The notes under the pieces were generated by a model. The model worked only from the letters and a program-made list of their open reading frames with translations. It searched no databases and was not told the origin of the DNA. This document shows, piece after piece, positions 1 through 9,071 of a stretch of 33,674 bases of DNA. The DNA comes from an uncultured Chloroflexia bacterium (GTDB lineage Bacteria; Chloroflexota; Anaerolineae; B4-G1; SLSP01). The position numbers and the translations under genes are program-made. Within the stretch, counting starts at the first letter, position 1. The number at the start of each line of letters is the position of its first letter. Location: the NCBI GenBank assembly GCA_963751345.1, contig CAVVUS010000035.1, positions 1 to 33,674 on the forward strand. Reading direction: 5' to 3'.

Positions 1-343
1 CGATTCCTCCCGTACAATAGAACAAAGGATCTACTATAGGTTCAGGAGATTCACCCGATGAATGGTACACTCAGCGCCCAACGCGTGACCGGCAAGCCCG
101 CATCAATCACACCCTCCCCACTGGAGGGGGCGTGGACACGTGCCGCAGCCGTCACGCTCGCATCGCGATACCCCTTCAATTACGAAACGAACCCATTTTC
201 GGGCCACCCCCGCGCCCCATTCGCGTGATTCGCGGTTGCTGGAACTTTTCGGGATCCCCCAACGTCATAGAGCTGTAAATGCTAGGCAGTACTGTGAAAG
301 GTGACTTCCATACCAACCGGCAACCCGATCTATCGTGTGAAGC

Positions 344-1222
344 ATGAAGGAGGATACCGTGACCGCCCGTCGTTTTTTCCACCGAGTTCTGATTCTCAGT
401 CTTGTCGGCGCGTTTCTTGCTCTGAACGCCGGTTCCGTGCTTGCCCAAGGCCCGGTCGCCGCTCGTCGACCCAGTGCCATAGAAGGTCCCAACGGTTCTG
501 TCAGCGCCTGGAAGCTCAATGTGCGTCTGGGGCCGGGGACCGGCTACCCAATCGTGACCACGGTCTCGTTCAGGGAGCTCTTGGCACTTACCGGGCGTAC
601 CTATGACAGCAGTTGGTTGCGGATTCGCCGGGATGACGGGCAACAAGGCTGGGTTTCGGCGCGCTATATGATTGTGTCAGCCGCCCATCTGTCCGCGGTG
701 CCGATCGTGGATGGCACTCAGCCCTCTCCTGAGCCGCCTGGGTCCGAGATCACCGGCTACGTGACCGCCTACCGTCTCAATGTGCGCAGCGGACCTGGCG
801 CCGGCTACTCTCCTGTCTCCCTGCTACGTGAGGGCCAGACGCTGACCTTGGTCGGGCGGAATGCCGGCACGACCTGGTTGCAGGTGGAACTGCCGGGCGG
901 ATCTCAGGGTTGGGTGTCTGCGCGCTATATCGTCAGCTCCTATATGCTTGAGGCCCTGCCTATCAGCGGTGGCGACGTGCCAAATCCGCTGCCGGGTGCC
1001 GCGGCCACCGTCACCGCGTACAAGCTCAACGTGCGCTCCGGTCCCAGCACTATGTACGGAATCAAGGGCTGGGTGTATATGGGCCAGCAGGTCCAGATGG
1101 TGGGCCGTAACAACGCCGGTACCTGGCTCAAGGTGGTCTCGGGTAATGGGCTGGAGGGTTGGGTCTCAGCCGCCTACATCACAACCAACTACCCGATCGC
1201 GGATCTGCCGGCGGTCGACTAA
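344..1222 (+). CDS. Secreted protein with three SH3b (SH3 type 3) domains
   Basis: Signal peptide-like N-terminus (ILSLVGAFLALNAGSVLA). Three repeats of LNVRxGP...GR...WL...GWVSAxY with Pro-rich linkers. No catalytic domain visible. Confidence 0.88.
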   Translation: MKEDTVTARRFFHRVLILSLVGAFLALNAGSVLAQGPVAARRPSAIEGPNGSVSAWKLNVRLGPGTGYPIVTTVSFRELLALTGRTYDSSWLRIRRDDGQQGWVSARYMIVSAAHLSAVPIVDGTQPSPEPPGSEITGYVTAYRLNVRSGPGAGYSPVSLLREGQTLTLVGRNAGTTWLQVELPGGSQGWVSARYIVSSYMLEALPISGGDVPNPLPGAAATVTAYKLNVRSGPSTMYGIKGWVYMGQQVQMVGRNNAGTWLKVVSGNGLEGWVSAAYITTNYPIADLPAVD

Positions 1223-1358
1223 GCTGTCTGCGTAGATGCGAACCTGTTGTGGTCGGGTGTATGGCGTTTTGCCCCTGGTGATTTCCACAGGTGATATCGG
1301 CACGACTATCCGCTAGAATGGATGTTATCCGATGCTGATCTGTCCCAGGAGGCAAAAC

Positions 1359-2174
1359 ATGACTATCCCACAGGCCGAAACCCGTAACAGTGGTGCAGAC
1401 GGGGTCTCACAACGTCGCCCAGCTTTGCCCTTGATCGTCACCGCGATTGACGTGTTGGCGGTCGGGGTCTTGGCAGGTCTTCTGATCGGGAATCGGCAGC
1501 TGATGATGCAACTGGCTGTCTATCGTGAAGTGAACATGGCGGCGTCCTCGGTGGTGATGGATTTGATGGATGACTTCTTCATGCCGTTGGTCCTGTCGAT
1601 CTCGGCAGTGCTGCTGCTCACAATGCTGGCTCTCGGCAGTTGGATACTTTCCGGCATGCGTGGCTGGGCTTTGCGCTTGGCCATCCTTGCGCTTGGTTTC
1701 CTGGTGATCGTGAGTGCCTTGTGGTTTGGTCTGGGCCGGCGGAGCACAGCCACCCCGCCCTTGCCGGTGACCCCTACACCGGTCGCCCGGCACTTGCGCA
1801 CGGCCCTGGGCGCCGCCCGTGTCTGGTTTTTCATAGACCGGCACCACCGCCTGGCTGTTGGACCGAGGCGCTTGCGTCCCGTCATCCTCGCGGGCCTCTT
1901 CTCGATCAGAGTCGAGCCGGAAACTCCACAGCGGTCCGCTGACGATGCAAAGCGCTACCCTACCGACCAAGCCGGCCTGTGGGTCGTGCATGTGCCGGCG
2001 CCGATGAATCAGGTGCGGGGAAGAGGCATCTCGAAGGGTCCGAGCCGGACAGCAGGCGGGCGGAGCCCGATCTGTCTCCCTCACGCTTTGCCACTTGATC
2101 TGTGTAGAGCGGGGGCCGCGACTTGGCGCGGCGCCAAGGGTATCGTTCTCTGCCTTCCACGTGAGCCGCGATGA
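1359..2174 (+). CDS. Hypothetical membrane protein (about 3 TM helices, Pro/Thr-rich segment); true 3' end may be near 1836
   Basis: AGGAGG precedes ATG 1359; three hydrophobic segments. Sequence after about aa 158 does not look protein-like. One fewer T in the T5 run at 1827-1831 would bring TAG 1834-1836 into frame. Confidence 0.55.
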   Translation: MTIPQAETRNSGADGVSQRRPALPLIVTAIDVLAVGVLAGLLIGNRQLMMQLAVYREVNMAASSVVMDLMDDFFMPLVLSISAVLLLTMLALGSWILSGMRGWALRLAILALGFLVIVSALWFGLGRRSTATPPLPVTPTPVARHLRTALGAARVWFFIDRHHRLAVGPRRLRPVILAGLFSIRVEPETPQRSADDAKRYPTDQAGLWVVHVPAPMNQVRGRGISKGPSRTAGGRSPICLPHALPLDLCRAGAATWRGAKGIVLCLPREPR

Positions 2175-2245
2175 GGTTGCGCACCGGCGACTCGAGGTCA
2201 TAATAGGCTTCCGATGGCCTTTGAGGTTGACTGGGAGCTGATACC

Positions 2246-3280
2246 TTGAGCATAGCCTGTGACACCGCTGCGCGCGTGGCGCGCTGGACGCGCTTCCTCG
2301 ACGATCCCGGCGCCGGGCATTGCTTCCTCATCACCTACACGCCCGACGAGGAAGCCCCACCCCTGCCCTGGCGCGAGCTGCGCGATGAGCGGGTCGACTG
2401 GGCGTGGCGTACCTACGAGCGCCAATGCGCCCGAATGGCGTGGCTCCACGACGACGCGCTGCCCTATCTCGACATGCGCACCGGGACCGAGATCTTCGCC
2501 GAGGCCTTCGGCTGCACGGTCCACTTCCCCGACGACAACATGCCTTTCGCCCTGCCGTTGGTCCATTCGGCGCGGGAGGCGGACGCGCTCGAGGTCCCCG
2601 AGGTCAGCACGAGCAGCGTAGCCTATCTCTTCGAGATGGCCGATGAGCTCTTCAGCCGCGCAGGCCCCGGCGCGCTGGTCAAGCTGGTCGACATCCAGAG
2701 CCCGATGGACATCGCGGCGCTAATCTGGGAGAAATCGTCGTTCTATCCTGCGCTGATCGAGGCGCCCGAGGCCGTCCTGGCGCTGGCGGAAAAGGTCAAG
2801 GCCTTCCTGACCGCGTTCCTCGACGAGTGGTTCGCGCGCTACGGCACCGCCTTCATCGCGCACTACCCGTCCTACTATATGGACCGGGGGATCACGCTCT
2901 CCGAGGATGAGGTCGGTGCCGTCAGCAGCCGCGTCTACCGTGAGCTCTTCCTTCCCGAACTGGCCGAGCTCTCCGAGCGCTACGGCGGGATCGGCGTCCA
3001 CTGCTGCGCCCACGCGCGCCATCAATGGCAGGGATTCCTGGACATCCCGAACCTACGCCTGATCAACTTCGTCCAGCCCGAGGACGTCCTCCGGCAGGCC
3101 TACCAAACCTTCGCCGGCGTCCCGCAGATGCACAGTTGGTGCGGCGATGGCGACCCGTGGACCTGGCCCGCGACCTATCCCGCCGGCGCCCGCGTTGTCC
3201 TCCAGGCGACCGCCGCGACGCGCGAGGAGGCGATCGAGCTGGCAGCTAAGCTCGGGGAAGCATGCGGGCGTGACGAGTAA
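2246..3280 (+). CDS. Uroporphyrinogen decarboxylase / MtaA-CmuA-like family protein
   Basis: DIQSPMDIAA, LSEDEVG, YRELFLPEL and HCCA motifs typical of URO-D-like TIM barrels; strong GC3 bias; TTG start uncertain. Confidence 0.72.
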   Translation: MSIACDTAARVARWTRFLDDPGAGHCFLITYTPDEEAPPLPWRELRDERVDWAWRTYERQCARMAWLHDDALPYLDMRTGTEIFAEAFGCTVHFPDDNMPFALPLVHSAREADALEVPEVSTSSVAYLFEMADELFSRAGPGALVKLVDIQSPMDIAALIWEKSSFYPALIEAPEAVLALAEKVKAFLTAFLDEWFARYGTAFIAHYPSYYMDRGITLSEDEVGAVSSRVYRELFLPELAELSERYGGIGVHCCAHARHQWQGFLDIPNLRLINFVQPEDVLRQAYQTFAGVPQMHSWCGDGDPWTWPATYPAGARVVLQATAATREEAIELAAKLGEACGRDE

Positions 3281-3300
3281 CGAGACATGATTGACCGGAA

Positions 3301-3350
3301 ACCAACGTTCCAGCGTTCAACCGATAACCGACAACGGACAACTGACAACT
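3301..3350. repeat. Intergenic short-period repeat (AACGTTCC-type octamers, then CCGATAA/CCGACAA/CGGACAA/CTGACAA heptamers)
   Basis: Read directly: accaacgttccagcgttcaaccgataaccgacaacggacaactgacaact. Confidence 0.7.
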
Positions 3351-4433
3351 ATGAATAACATGACCGGCCTTGAACGCATCACCAACATCCTCAAGCGCGA
3401 ACCCACCGACCGCATCGGGTTCTTCGAGCACTTCTGGTCCGACACGCAGAGGGTGTGGACCGAGCAGGGCCATCTCCGGCCCGGTGAGAACCTGGCGGAC
3501 CACTTCGGCTTCGATATGGAGCTCTGCGGCGCCTTCAACGTCACCGCCGACCTCGACTACGAGCCCGTGGTGATCGCGGAGACCGAGGAGACGATCACGA
3601 CCCGCAACGGGAACTACGCGACGCTGAAGACCCACAAGCTCCACGACGCCACGCCGGAGCACATCGACTTCGCCGTGAAGGAGCGCCCGGCGTGGGAGGA
3701 GCTGATCAAGCCCAAGCTCAAGCCCGAGCGGCGGCGCATCAACTTCGAGGCCTATCGCGAGGCCAAGGAGCGCGCGCGGAAGGCGAACCGTTTCTTCGCC
3801 TGGTCGGGCGTCAACGTCTTCGAGATCCTCAAGGACGTCGCGGGCCACCAGTACATGCTGATGGGCATGGCGCTGGACCCGGACTGGGTGCTCGACATGG
3901 CGATGACCTACGCCCAACTGACCGTCGACCTCCAGGAGATCCTCTTCGCCGAGGAGGGGTGGCCCGACGGGATCTGGTATTACGAGGATATGGGCTACAA
4001 ACAGCATCCGTTCATGTCGCCCAGGATGTACCGGGACCTGATCCAGCCCGCGCACGCCCTCACCGTCGGTTTTGCCAAGGCGCACAACAAGCCCGTGATC
4101 ATGCACTCGTGCGGCTATGTCGAGCCCCTGCTGCCGGGGATGATCGAGGCCGGGATCGATTGCCTGCAGGTGATCGAGGTGAAGGCCGGGATGGATCTGC
4201 TCAAGCTCTATCGCGAGTTCGGGGACGTTCTCTCGTTTATGGGCGGCATCGACGTGCGCGCGCTCTATACCAACGACCCCGCCAAGATCGACGCCGAGCT
4301 GGAGGCCAAGATCCCCACCGTGATGCGGGGTCACGGCTATACCCTCCACAGCGACCACTCGATCCCCAACACGGTCTACTACGATACGTTCCGGTACTAC
4401 ATCGAGAAGGGGATGGAGCTGGGTACGTACTGA
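3351..4433 (+). CDS. Uroporphyrinogen decarboxylase / MtaA-CmuA-like family protein
   Basis: MTGLERI start, YEDMG, MSPRMYRDLIQP, HSCG, FMGGID, SDHSIP motifs. Start moved from 3291 to ATG 3351 (or 3360) because the upstream part is repeat sequence. Confidence 0.88.
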   Translation: MNNMTGLERITNILKREPTDRIGFFEHFWSDTQRVWTEQGHLRPGENLADHFGFDMELCGAFNVTADLDYEPVVIAETEETITTRNGNYATLKTHKLHDATPEHIDFAVKERPAWEELIKPKLKPERRRINFEAYREAKERARKANRFFAWSGVNVFEILKDVAGHQYMLMGMALDPDWVLDMAMTYAQLTVDLQEILFAEEGWPDGIWYYEDMGYKQHPFMSPRMYRDLIQPAHALTVGFAKAHNKPVIMHSCGYVEPLLPGMIEAGIDCLQVIEVKAGMDLLKLYREFGDVLSFMGGIDVRALYTNDPAKIDAELEAKIPTVMRGHGYTLHSDHSIPNTVYYDTFRYYIEKGMELGTY

Positions 4434-4571
4434 GGGCCGGATAATCGGGAATGGCGTTTGGAATGACTGGGCGCTCACCCGTGGGCCGGGTCGCAACCCT
4501 GGCGACCAGTATAGCACGGATTCCCGATTCTCTGATTCTCCATATCTTCTTCATTCCATGCCTTCCGCTCA

Positions 4572-4599
4572 TTGACAACGTCCCGACATATGCTAAGGT
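4572..4599 (+). promoter_or_regulatory. Probable sigma70-type promoter for the riboswitch leader
   Basis: TTGACA at 4572-4577, 16-nt spacer, TGn-TAAGGT extended -10 at 4591-4599, about 35 nt upstream of the aptamer. Confidence 0.6.
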
Positions 4600-4634
4600 G
4601 GGGGGTAATCTGCCTGCCGACAGTAAATAGGAAG

Positions 4635-4820
4635 TGCGCCGAATGATGGTGCCGTGGTCAAGGCGTACCATAGGCACGTGCGTAATGCAGGTTACGCAGC
4701 AGCGGGGGACCCACAGATGCGAAGGGGCGAATCGGTTGCGACGTGGTGTGTGACACCGTCCGCGTAGGGCCAGCTTCTTCGGCCCGAGCCCGACAGCTAA
4801 CCTCGTAGGCGTCGAAGAAG
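4635..4820 (+). promoter_or_regulatory. c-di-AMP riboswitch (ydaO/yuaA family)
   Basis: Consensus blocks in order: GCGCCGAAT (4636), GGGGGACCC (4704), GGGGCGAATC (4724), TAGGGCC (4765), GGCCCGAGCCCGACAGCTAACCTCGTAGGCGT (4781-4812). P1 is GCGCC/GGCGT. Pseudoknot CTTCTTC (4774-4780) pairs with GAAGAAG (4814-4820). Confidence 0.9.
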
Positions 4821-4856
4821 GACACCCGACTGGTCCGAAGGACACCTGACTGGTCC
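4817..4856 (+). repeat. Tandem 20-bp duplication GAAGGACACC(C/T)GACTGGTCC x2
   Basis: 4817-4836 and 4837-4856 differ at one position. Confidence 0.95.
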
Positions 4857-4870
4857 GGGGTGTCCTTTTT
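4838..4870 (+). terminator. Intrinsic terminator forming the riboswitch expression platform
   Basis: AAGGACACCT...GGGTGTCCTT stem ending in a T5 tract, between the aptamer and the MFS start. Confidence 0.8.
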
Positions 4871-4908
4871 GTGTTGGGCCGGGGAGGAGAGAGGCGCCGA
4901 GCTTGGCG

Positions 4909-6316
4909 ATGCCGGTAGAAGCCCAGTGGGTACGTAGGACGCGACGCGTGCTGAACCGATCGCGGCGCGCGTGGTCGCGTTTCTGGGCCGGTGCGCGCTA
5001 CAAGCTCCGCGACGTCAGCCTGACCGGACTCTGGGCCAAACTCCACGTCCTGGAGCGCCTGCGCGGCCAGACCGAGCACAATATCTGGTACCTCTATGTG
5101 GAGGTCTTCTGGTCCGGCATCTTCATGGCCGTTGTGGCGTTCAATGCGACCTACGCGCTGCGGCTGGGTGCGTCCAACACGATGATTGGGTGGCTTTCTT
5201 CCATCCCATCGCTGCTGGCAATGGCGGTGTTGGTGCCGTCGGCGCGGCTCCTCGAATCGAAGTCGAATCGAGCGCCCTGGATTCGTGGGAGCCTCTACCT
5301 CGGTAGGGCCGCCTTTATTGGCGCGGCTCTCAGCCCCTGGCTGGTCAGGGGGCGCGCGGCCGAGGCCGTGATCGTTGTGCTGATCGCGCGGACCGTCCCG
5401 ATGACCTTTTTCAGCGCGGGCTTCGAGCCGCTGTTTGCCGACGTGATCCCGCTTCGAGATCGAGCCAAGGTTGTCTCCACTCGCAACATCATCCAGAGTG
5501 TGACCGTGGCGGCCTGCACGTTTCTCTTTGGCAGGTGGCTCGACGCTGGCTGCACGCCTCCCGTGGGCGGGGTTCCCGGTGAACTTCCAGGTGACCTACG
5601 TCGTGGGAGCCGTCGCCGGGGTCGTGAGCGCCTACTACGTCAGCCGGGTCAAGGTGCCTGAGACACCGGTGATCGGCCATGCGTCGCCGAAGTTGAGAAG
5701 CCTGCCCAGGATAGGGGTCGTCCGCGAACAAGTGCGAACGATGGTTCACGAAAACCGTGACTTCGTCCGGATGGTAGTGAACACCTTTGTCTTCAACTTT
5801 GGGGCATGGCTGGTCGGCCCGCTCTATATCATCTTCTTCATCAAGCAGCTCAGTGCGTCGGATGGGTGGGTCGGCTTGAACACGACCCTGGCGCAGATTG
5901 GGGTCATCGCGGGCTATCTTCTGTGGCGCCGTGTGATGGATCGCCGGGGGATCGCCTGGACGTTGCGGTTCACGGTGCCGCTGTCGGCGGCCTACGCCTT
6001 TCTTGTGGCCTTTTTGCCCAACTTGAATCTGATCCTGGTATGGGGTATCCTCATCAACTTGGTGAACTCGGGCCTAAATCTGAGCCACGGGAACACGCTC
6101 TATATGCTCTGTCCTCCGGACCGCAGGGCAACATACCTGGCGGTCTTCTCGACCGTCTCAAACGTTGGGGCTTTTGTCGCCCCGATGGTGGGTGTGGCGC
6201 TGTCCGCTGTCATCGACATTCGCTGGCTACTGCTGATCGGCGGGGTGATCCGGCTCCTCGGGGCCGGCATGTTCTACATATTCCGGATTGGGACAACGGA
6301 GGCTGTCGCACGCTAG
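4909..6316 (+). CDS. MFS transporter, paralog 1 (frameshift near 5548)
   Basis: ORFs 4903..5661 and 5528..6316 join (GRWLDA|AARLPWAGFPVNFQ) into a protein collinear with the next gene. Start is TTG 4903 or ATG 4909 after GGAGGAG. Confidence 0.85.
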
Positions 6317-7771
6317 ATGAAATGGTCTCCATTCGACTTCCGCTCGTCAAGGGCGTGGGCCGGGTTCCGGTACCGTCTGGGCGAGGTTCCCTGGGCGCGG
6401 TCCCTGCGGTCGCGCCTGCTATCGCGACAGCGGCCGCTGGCTGCCCGCAGCGAACTGGAGCGCAACGTCCACTATCTCTACGTCGAGATCTTCTGGGCCG
6501 CGATCTTCAACGCAGTCCTGGCCTTCAACGCCACCTACGCACTGCGGCTGGGAGCCACCAACGAGATGGTGGGGTGGCTCTCGTCGCTGCCGTCGCTCTT
6601 TGCGATATTCGTGATGGTGCCCGCGGCACGCTGGCTGGAGGCTCGATCGAACCCCGGGCCCTGGCTCATGAGAAGCCTCGCCCTGGCCCGCTTTGGGTAC
6701 ATGGGGGCCGCCTTCATCCCGTGGCTCTTCCCGCACCGGGCCGCTCAGGGCGTCGTCTATCTCTTCGTCCTCGCAACCGTCCCTATGACGATCTTCAGCA
6801 CGGGTTTCAGCCCTATGCTGGCCGATGTCCTTCCCGAGCGGGAACGGGCACGGGTCTTCGCCAACCGCAACATCATACTCAGCGCGGTGACGGTCGTCAC
6901 GACGCTGCTGGCCGGCAAGTGGCTCGACCTTGGATCTCAGCAGGCGTGGGCCGGCTTTCCCTTCAACTACCAGATCATCTACATCCTCGGTGGTCTCACC
7001 GCAATGATGAGCACCCACTTCGTCTCACGGGTGAAGCCGCCCGCCGGCAGAGGGATGGGGCAGAAGCTGCCCTCGGAGGCAATGCCCGTCGCGGCGGAGG
7101 AAGCCGCCGAGGATCCGCCGTCGGTCGGACCTCTCTCTCTGAGGCTGCGCTTCTCTGCAATGCGCGCGCGGACCCTGGCTGCGGTCAAGGGGCTCGGATC
7201 GCGCCGCGACTTTGTCCGCATCACGATCAACACCCTGATCTTCAACTTGGGCGCGTGGATGACCGGCCCGCTCTATATGATCCTCTTTGTCAATCAGCTC
7301 AAAGCCACGGATGGTTGGGTGGGGCTGAACTCCGCCCTGGCGAACCTGGGCGTCATCCTCGGCTACGCCTTCTGGCGACCGCGGATCAACAGGCTCGGCG
7401 ACAACGCCGTCTTGCGTGTCACAGCCCCTTTGGCGGCCAGCTATTCCTTTCTCGTGGCGTTCTTTCCCAATCTGACTTTGATCCTGATCTGGGGCATCCT
7501 GATCAATCTGGTCAATGCGGGTGTCAATCTGTCCTGGACCAACGTCTTCTATCGGGTTTGTCCGGAGGAGCGTCGGGCGAGCTATATGGCGGTCTACTCC
7601 ACCGTGGTGAACGCCGGCGCCTTCGTCTGCCCAATGATTGGCGTCGCGCTATCGAATGTCATGGATATCCGTCTGATCCTCCTCATCGGCGGCGTCGTGC
7701 GGCTGTTCGGTGGGGCGATGTTTCTCATCTGGCGGTTGGAGGAGGGGCGAGAGCCGGCCGCTGACCGCTGA
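6317..7771 (+). CDS. MFS transporter, paralog 2
   Basis: Two bundles of hydrophobic helices with a central loop; LADVLPERERARVF and CPEERRASY loop motifs; ATG directly follows the previous TAG. Confidence 0.88.
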   Translation: MKWSPFDFRSSRAWAGFRYRLGEVPWARSLRSRLLSRQRPLAARSELERNVHYLYVEIFWAAIFNAVLAFNATYALRLGATNEMVGWLSSLPSLFAIFVMVPAARWLEARSNPGPWLMRSLALARFGYMGAAFIPWLFPHRAAQGVVYLFVLATVPMTIFSTGFSPMLADVLPERERARVFANRNIILSAVTVVTTLLAGKWLDLGSQQAWAGFPFNYQIIYILGGLTAMMSTHFVSRVKPPAGRGMGQKLPSEAMPVAAEEAAEDPPSVGPLSLRLRFSAMRARTLAAVKGLGSRRDFVRITINTLIFNLGAWMTGPLYMILFVNQLKATDGWVGLNSALANLGVILGYAFWRPRINRLGDNAVLRVTAPLAASYSFLVAFFPNLTLILIWGILINLVNAGVNLSWTNVFYRVCPEERRASYMAVYSTVVNAGAFVCPMIGVALSNVMDIRLILLIGGVVRLFGGAMFLIWRLEEGREPAADR

Positions 7772-7794
7772 TAGCTTTCATTAACGGAGATATT

Positions 7795-9042
7795 ATGGAG
7801 ATCAACAAGCCTTTTGCCGTCCGTGCTGTGCGGTGCGACCATCGCGCTACCGATGATGAGGTCTATGAGGCGCTGGTGCGTACCACCGCGCCGTTGACAC
7901 GTGCGTGGGAGAAGCTGGAGAAGGCCGACCGCATCGCGGTCAAGTTCAACCAGGACTGGCCCATCGATACCGTGGTGATGTTTGCCGGCCAGCGTCAGCA
8001 ACTGGTGAGCGATAGCGTCGCCCGGGCCTCCCTGCGGCTGCTTCGCGAGCGCACCGACGCCGAGATCGTCTGCGTGGACGCCAGCTACCACGTCATGTAC
8101 GGGGTCAGCCCGTCCATCAAGGAGACCACCACGCTCGCTCACGTCCTGGCGGAGTTCGACGTGCCGCTGATCGATGGGACGCAGCCGCCCTTCAAGGTGG
8201 TCGGCGTGCCCGGGGGCGGTCAGATGTTCGAACGGTACACGATGATCCAGGATGCCGTTGAGGCCGACGCCCTGGTCTCGGTGGCCAAGATGAAGAATCA
8301 CGCGTACATGGGCACCACCGCGTGTCTGAAGAACCTCTTCGGGCTGATGCCCGGCGCGCCGCAAGGGCGTCCGCGCCATTACTTCCACCACCTCGTGCGG
8401 ATGCCCTATATGCTGGCCGATATCGGCCGTATCTTCGACCCGGCGCTCAATATCGTCGATGCCCTGGTGGCCCAGGCCGGGCAGGAGTGGGGCGATGGCG
8501 AGGGCACGGCCCGCATCATCGATGGGTTGGTAGCCGGCGATCAGGTCATCGCGACCGATGCCTGTGTCGCTCACCTGATGGGGCACGACCCGCAGGCGGA
8601 CTGGCGCACCGAGCCCTTCAACCGCGACCGGAACCCGCTGCTGGTGGCTGCCGAGAGCGGCTTCGGAACGGTGGACCTTGACGAGATCGACTTCGTCTCC
8701 GAGCTCGATCCCCAGCCTGCAGGTGCCTTCTACGCCAAGCAGTGGGACTCGGGCAACACGGTGGTGACGTGGCGGCAGACGATGGCCGACCAGGGTCTCA
8801 CCTACCGTGACAAGATGGCGTCATTCCTCGACTACGCCGGGGAGTACATATTGCTGCAGGATGGCGAGGTGCGGTGGCACGCGGCAGACGGCATTATGCG
8901 CCAGAGCCGGCGCAACCTGGCCGGCGCGCACAGGAATCACGCGATGTTCTTCAAGTACGTCGATCCCGAGGAGAAGGAACAGGAGCACTACGAGGTCTAC
9001 GAAGAGGCGCTGGCGACGATTCAGAGACTGGGATTGGCGTGA
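7795..9042 (+). CDS. DUF362-domain protein, paralog 1, with small C-terminal domain
   Basis: AVKFNQ, VAKMKNH, TACLKNLFG, LNIVDAL, VIATDA motifs of DUF362; GGAG RBS. Confidence 0.8.
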   Translation: MEINKPFAVRAVRCDHRATDDEVYEALVRTTAPLTRAWEKLEKADRIAVKFNQDWPIDTVVMFAGQRQQLVSDSVARASLRLLRERTDAEIVCVDASYHVMYGVSPSIKETTTLAHVLAEFDVPLIDGTQPPFKVVGVPGGGQMFERYTMIQDAVEADALVSVAKMKNHAYMGTTACLKNLFGLMPGAPQGRPRHYFHHLVRMPYMLADIGRIFDPALNIVDALVAQAGQEWGDGEGTARIIDGLVAGDQVIATDACVAHLMGHDPQADWRTEPFNRDRNPLLVAAESGFGTVDLDEIDFVSELDPQPAGAFYAKQWDSGNTVVTWRQTMADQGLTYRDKMASFLDYAGEYILLQDGEVRWHAADGIMRQSRRNLAGAHRNHAMFFKYVDPEEKEQEHYEVYEEALATIQRLGLA

Positions 9043-9071
9043 TATCGGATCAGGGAATCAGGAGGATAGAG

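Noticed and set aside
1-343. Riboswitch or ncRNA upstream of the SH3b gene
   Set aside because: Only a short hairpin (about 111-131) and a TTCGCG repeat (about 220-238); no aptamer consensus recognised.
1407-2201. Minus-strand ORF (possible short gene from MHDPQAG)
   Set aside because: No clear RBS or motif, and it overlaps the better supported membrane-protein gene.
4817-4856. Direct repeats as a mini CRISPR array
   Set aside because: Only two abutting 20-nt units, no spacers and no cas genes; explained as the terminator arm.
5806-7764. 652-aa alternative-frame ORF and many other long overlapping or antisense ORFs
   Set aside because: Arg/Gly/Pro-rich shadow frames of GC3-biased genes with no recognisable motifs.
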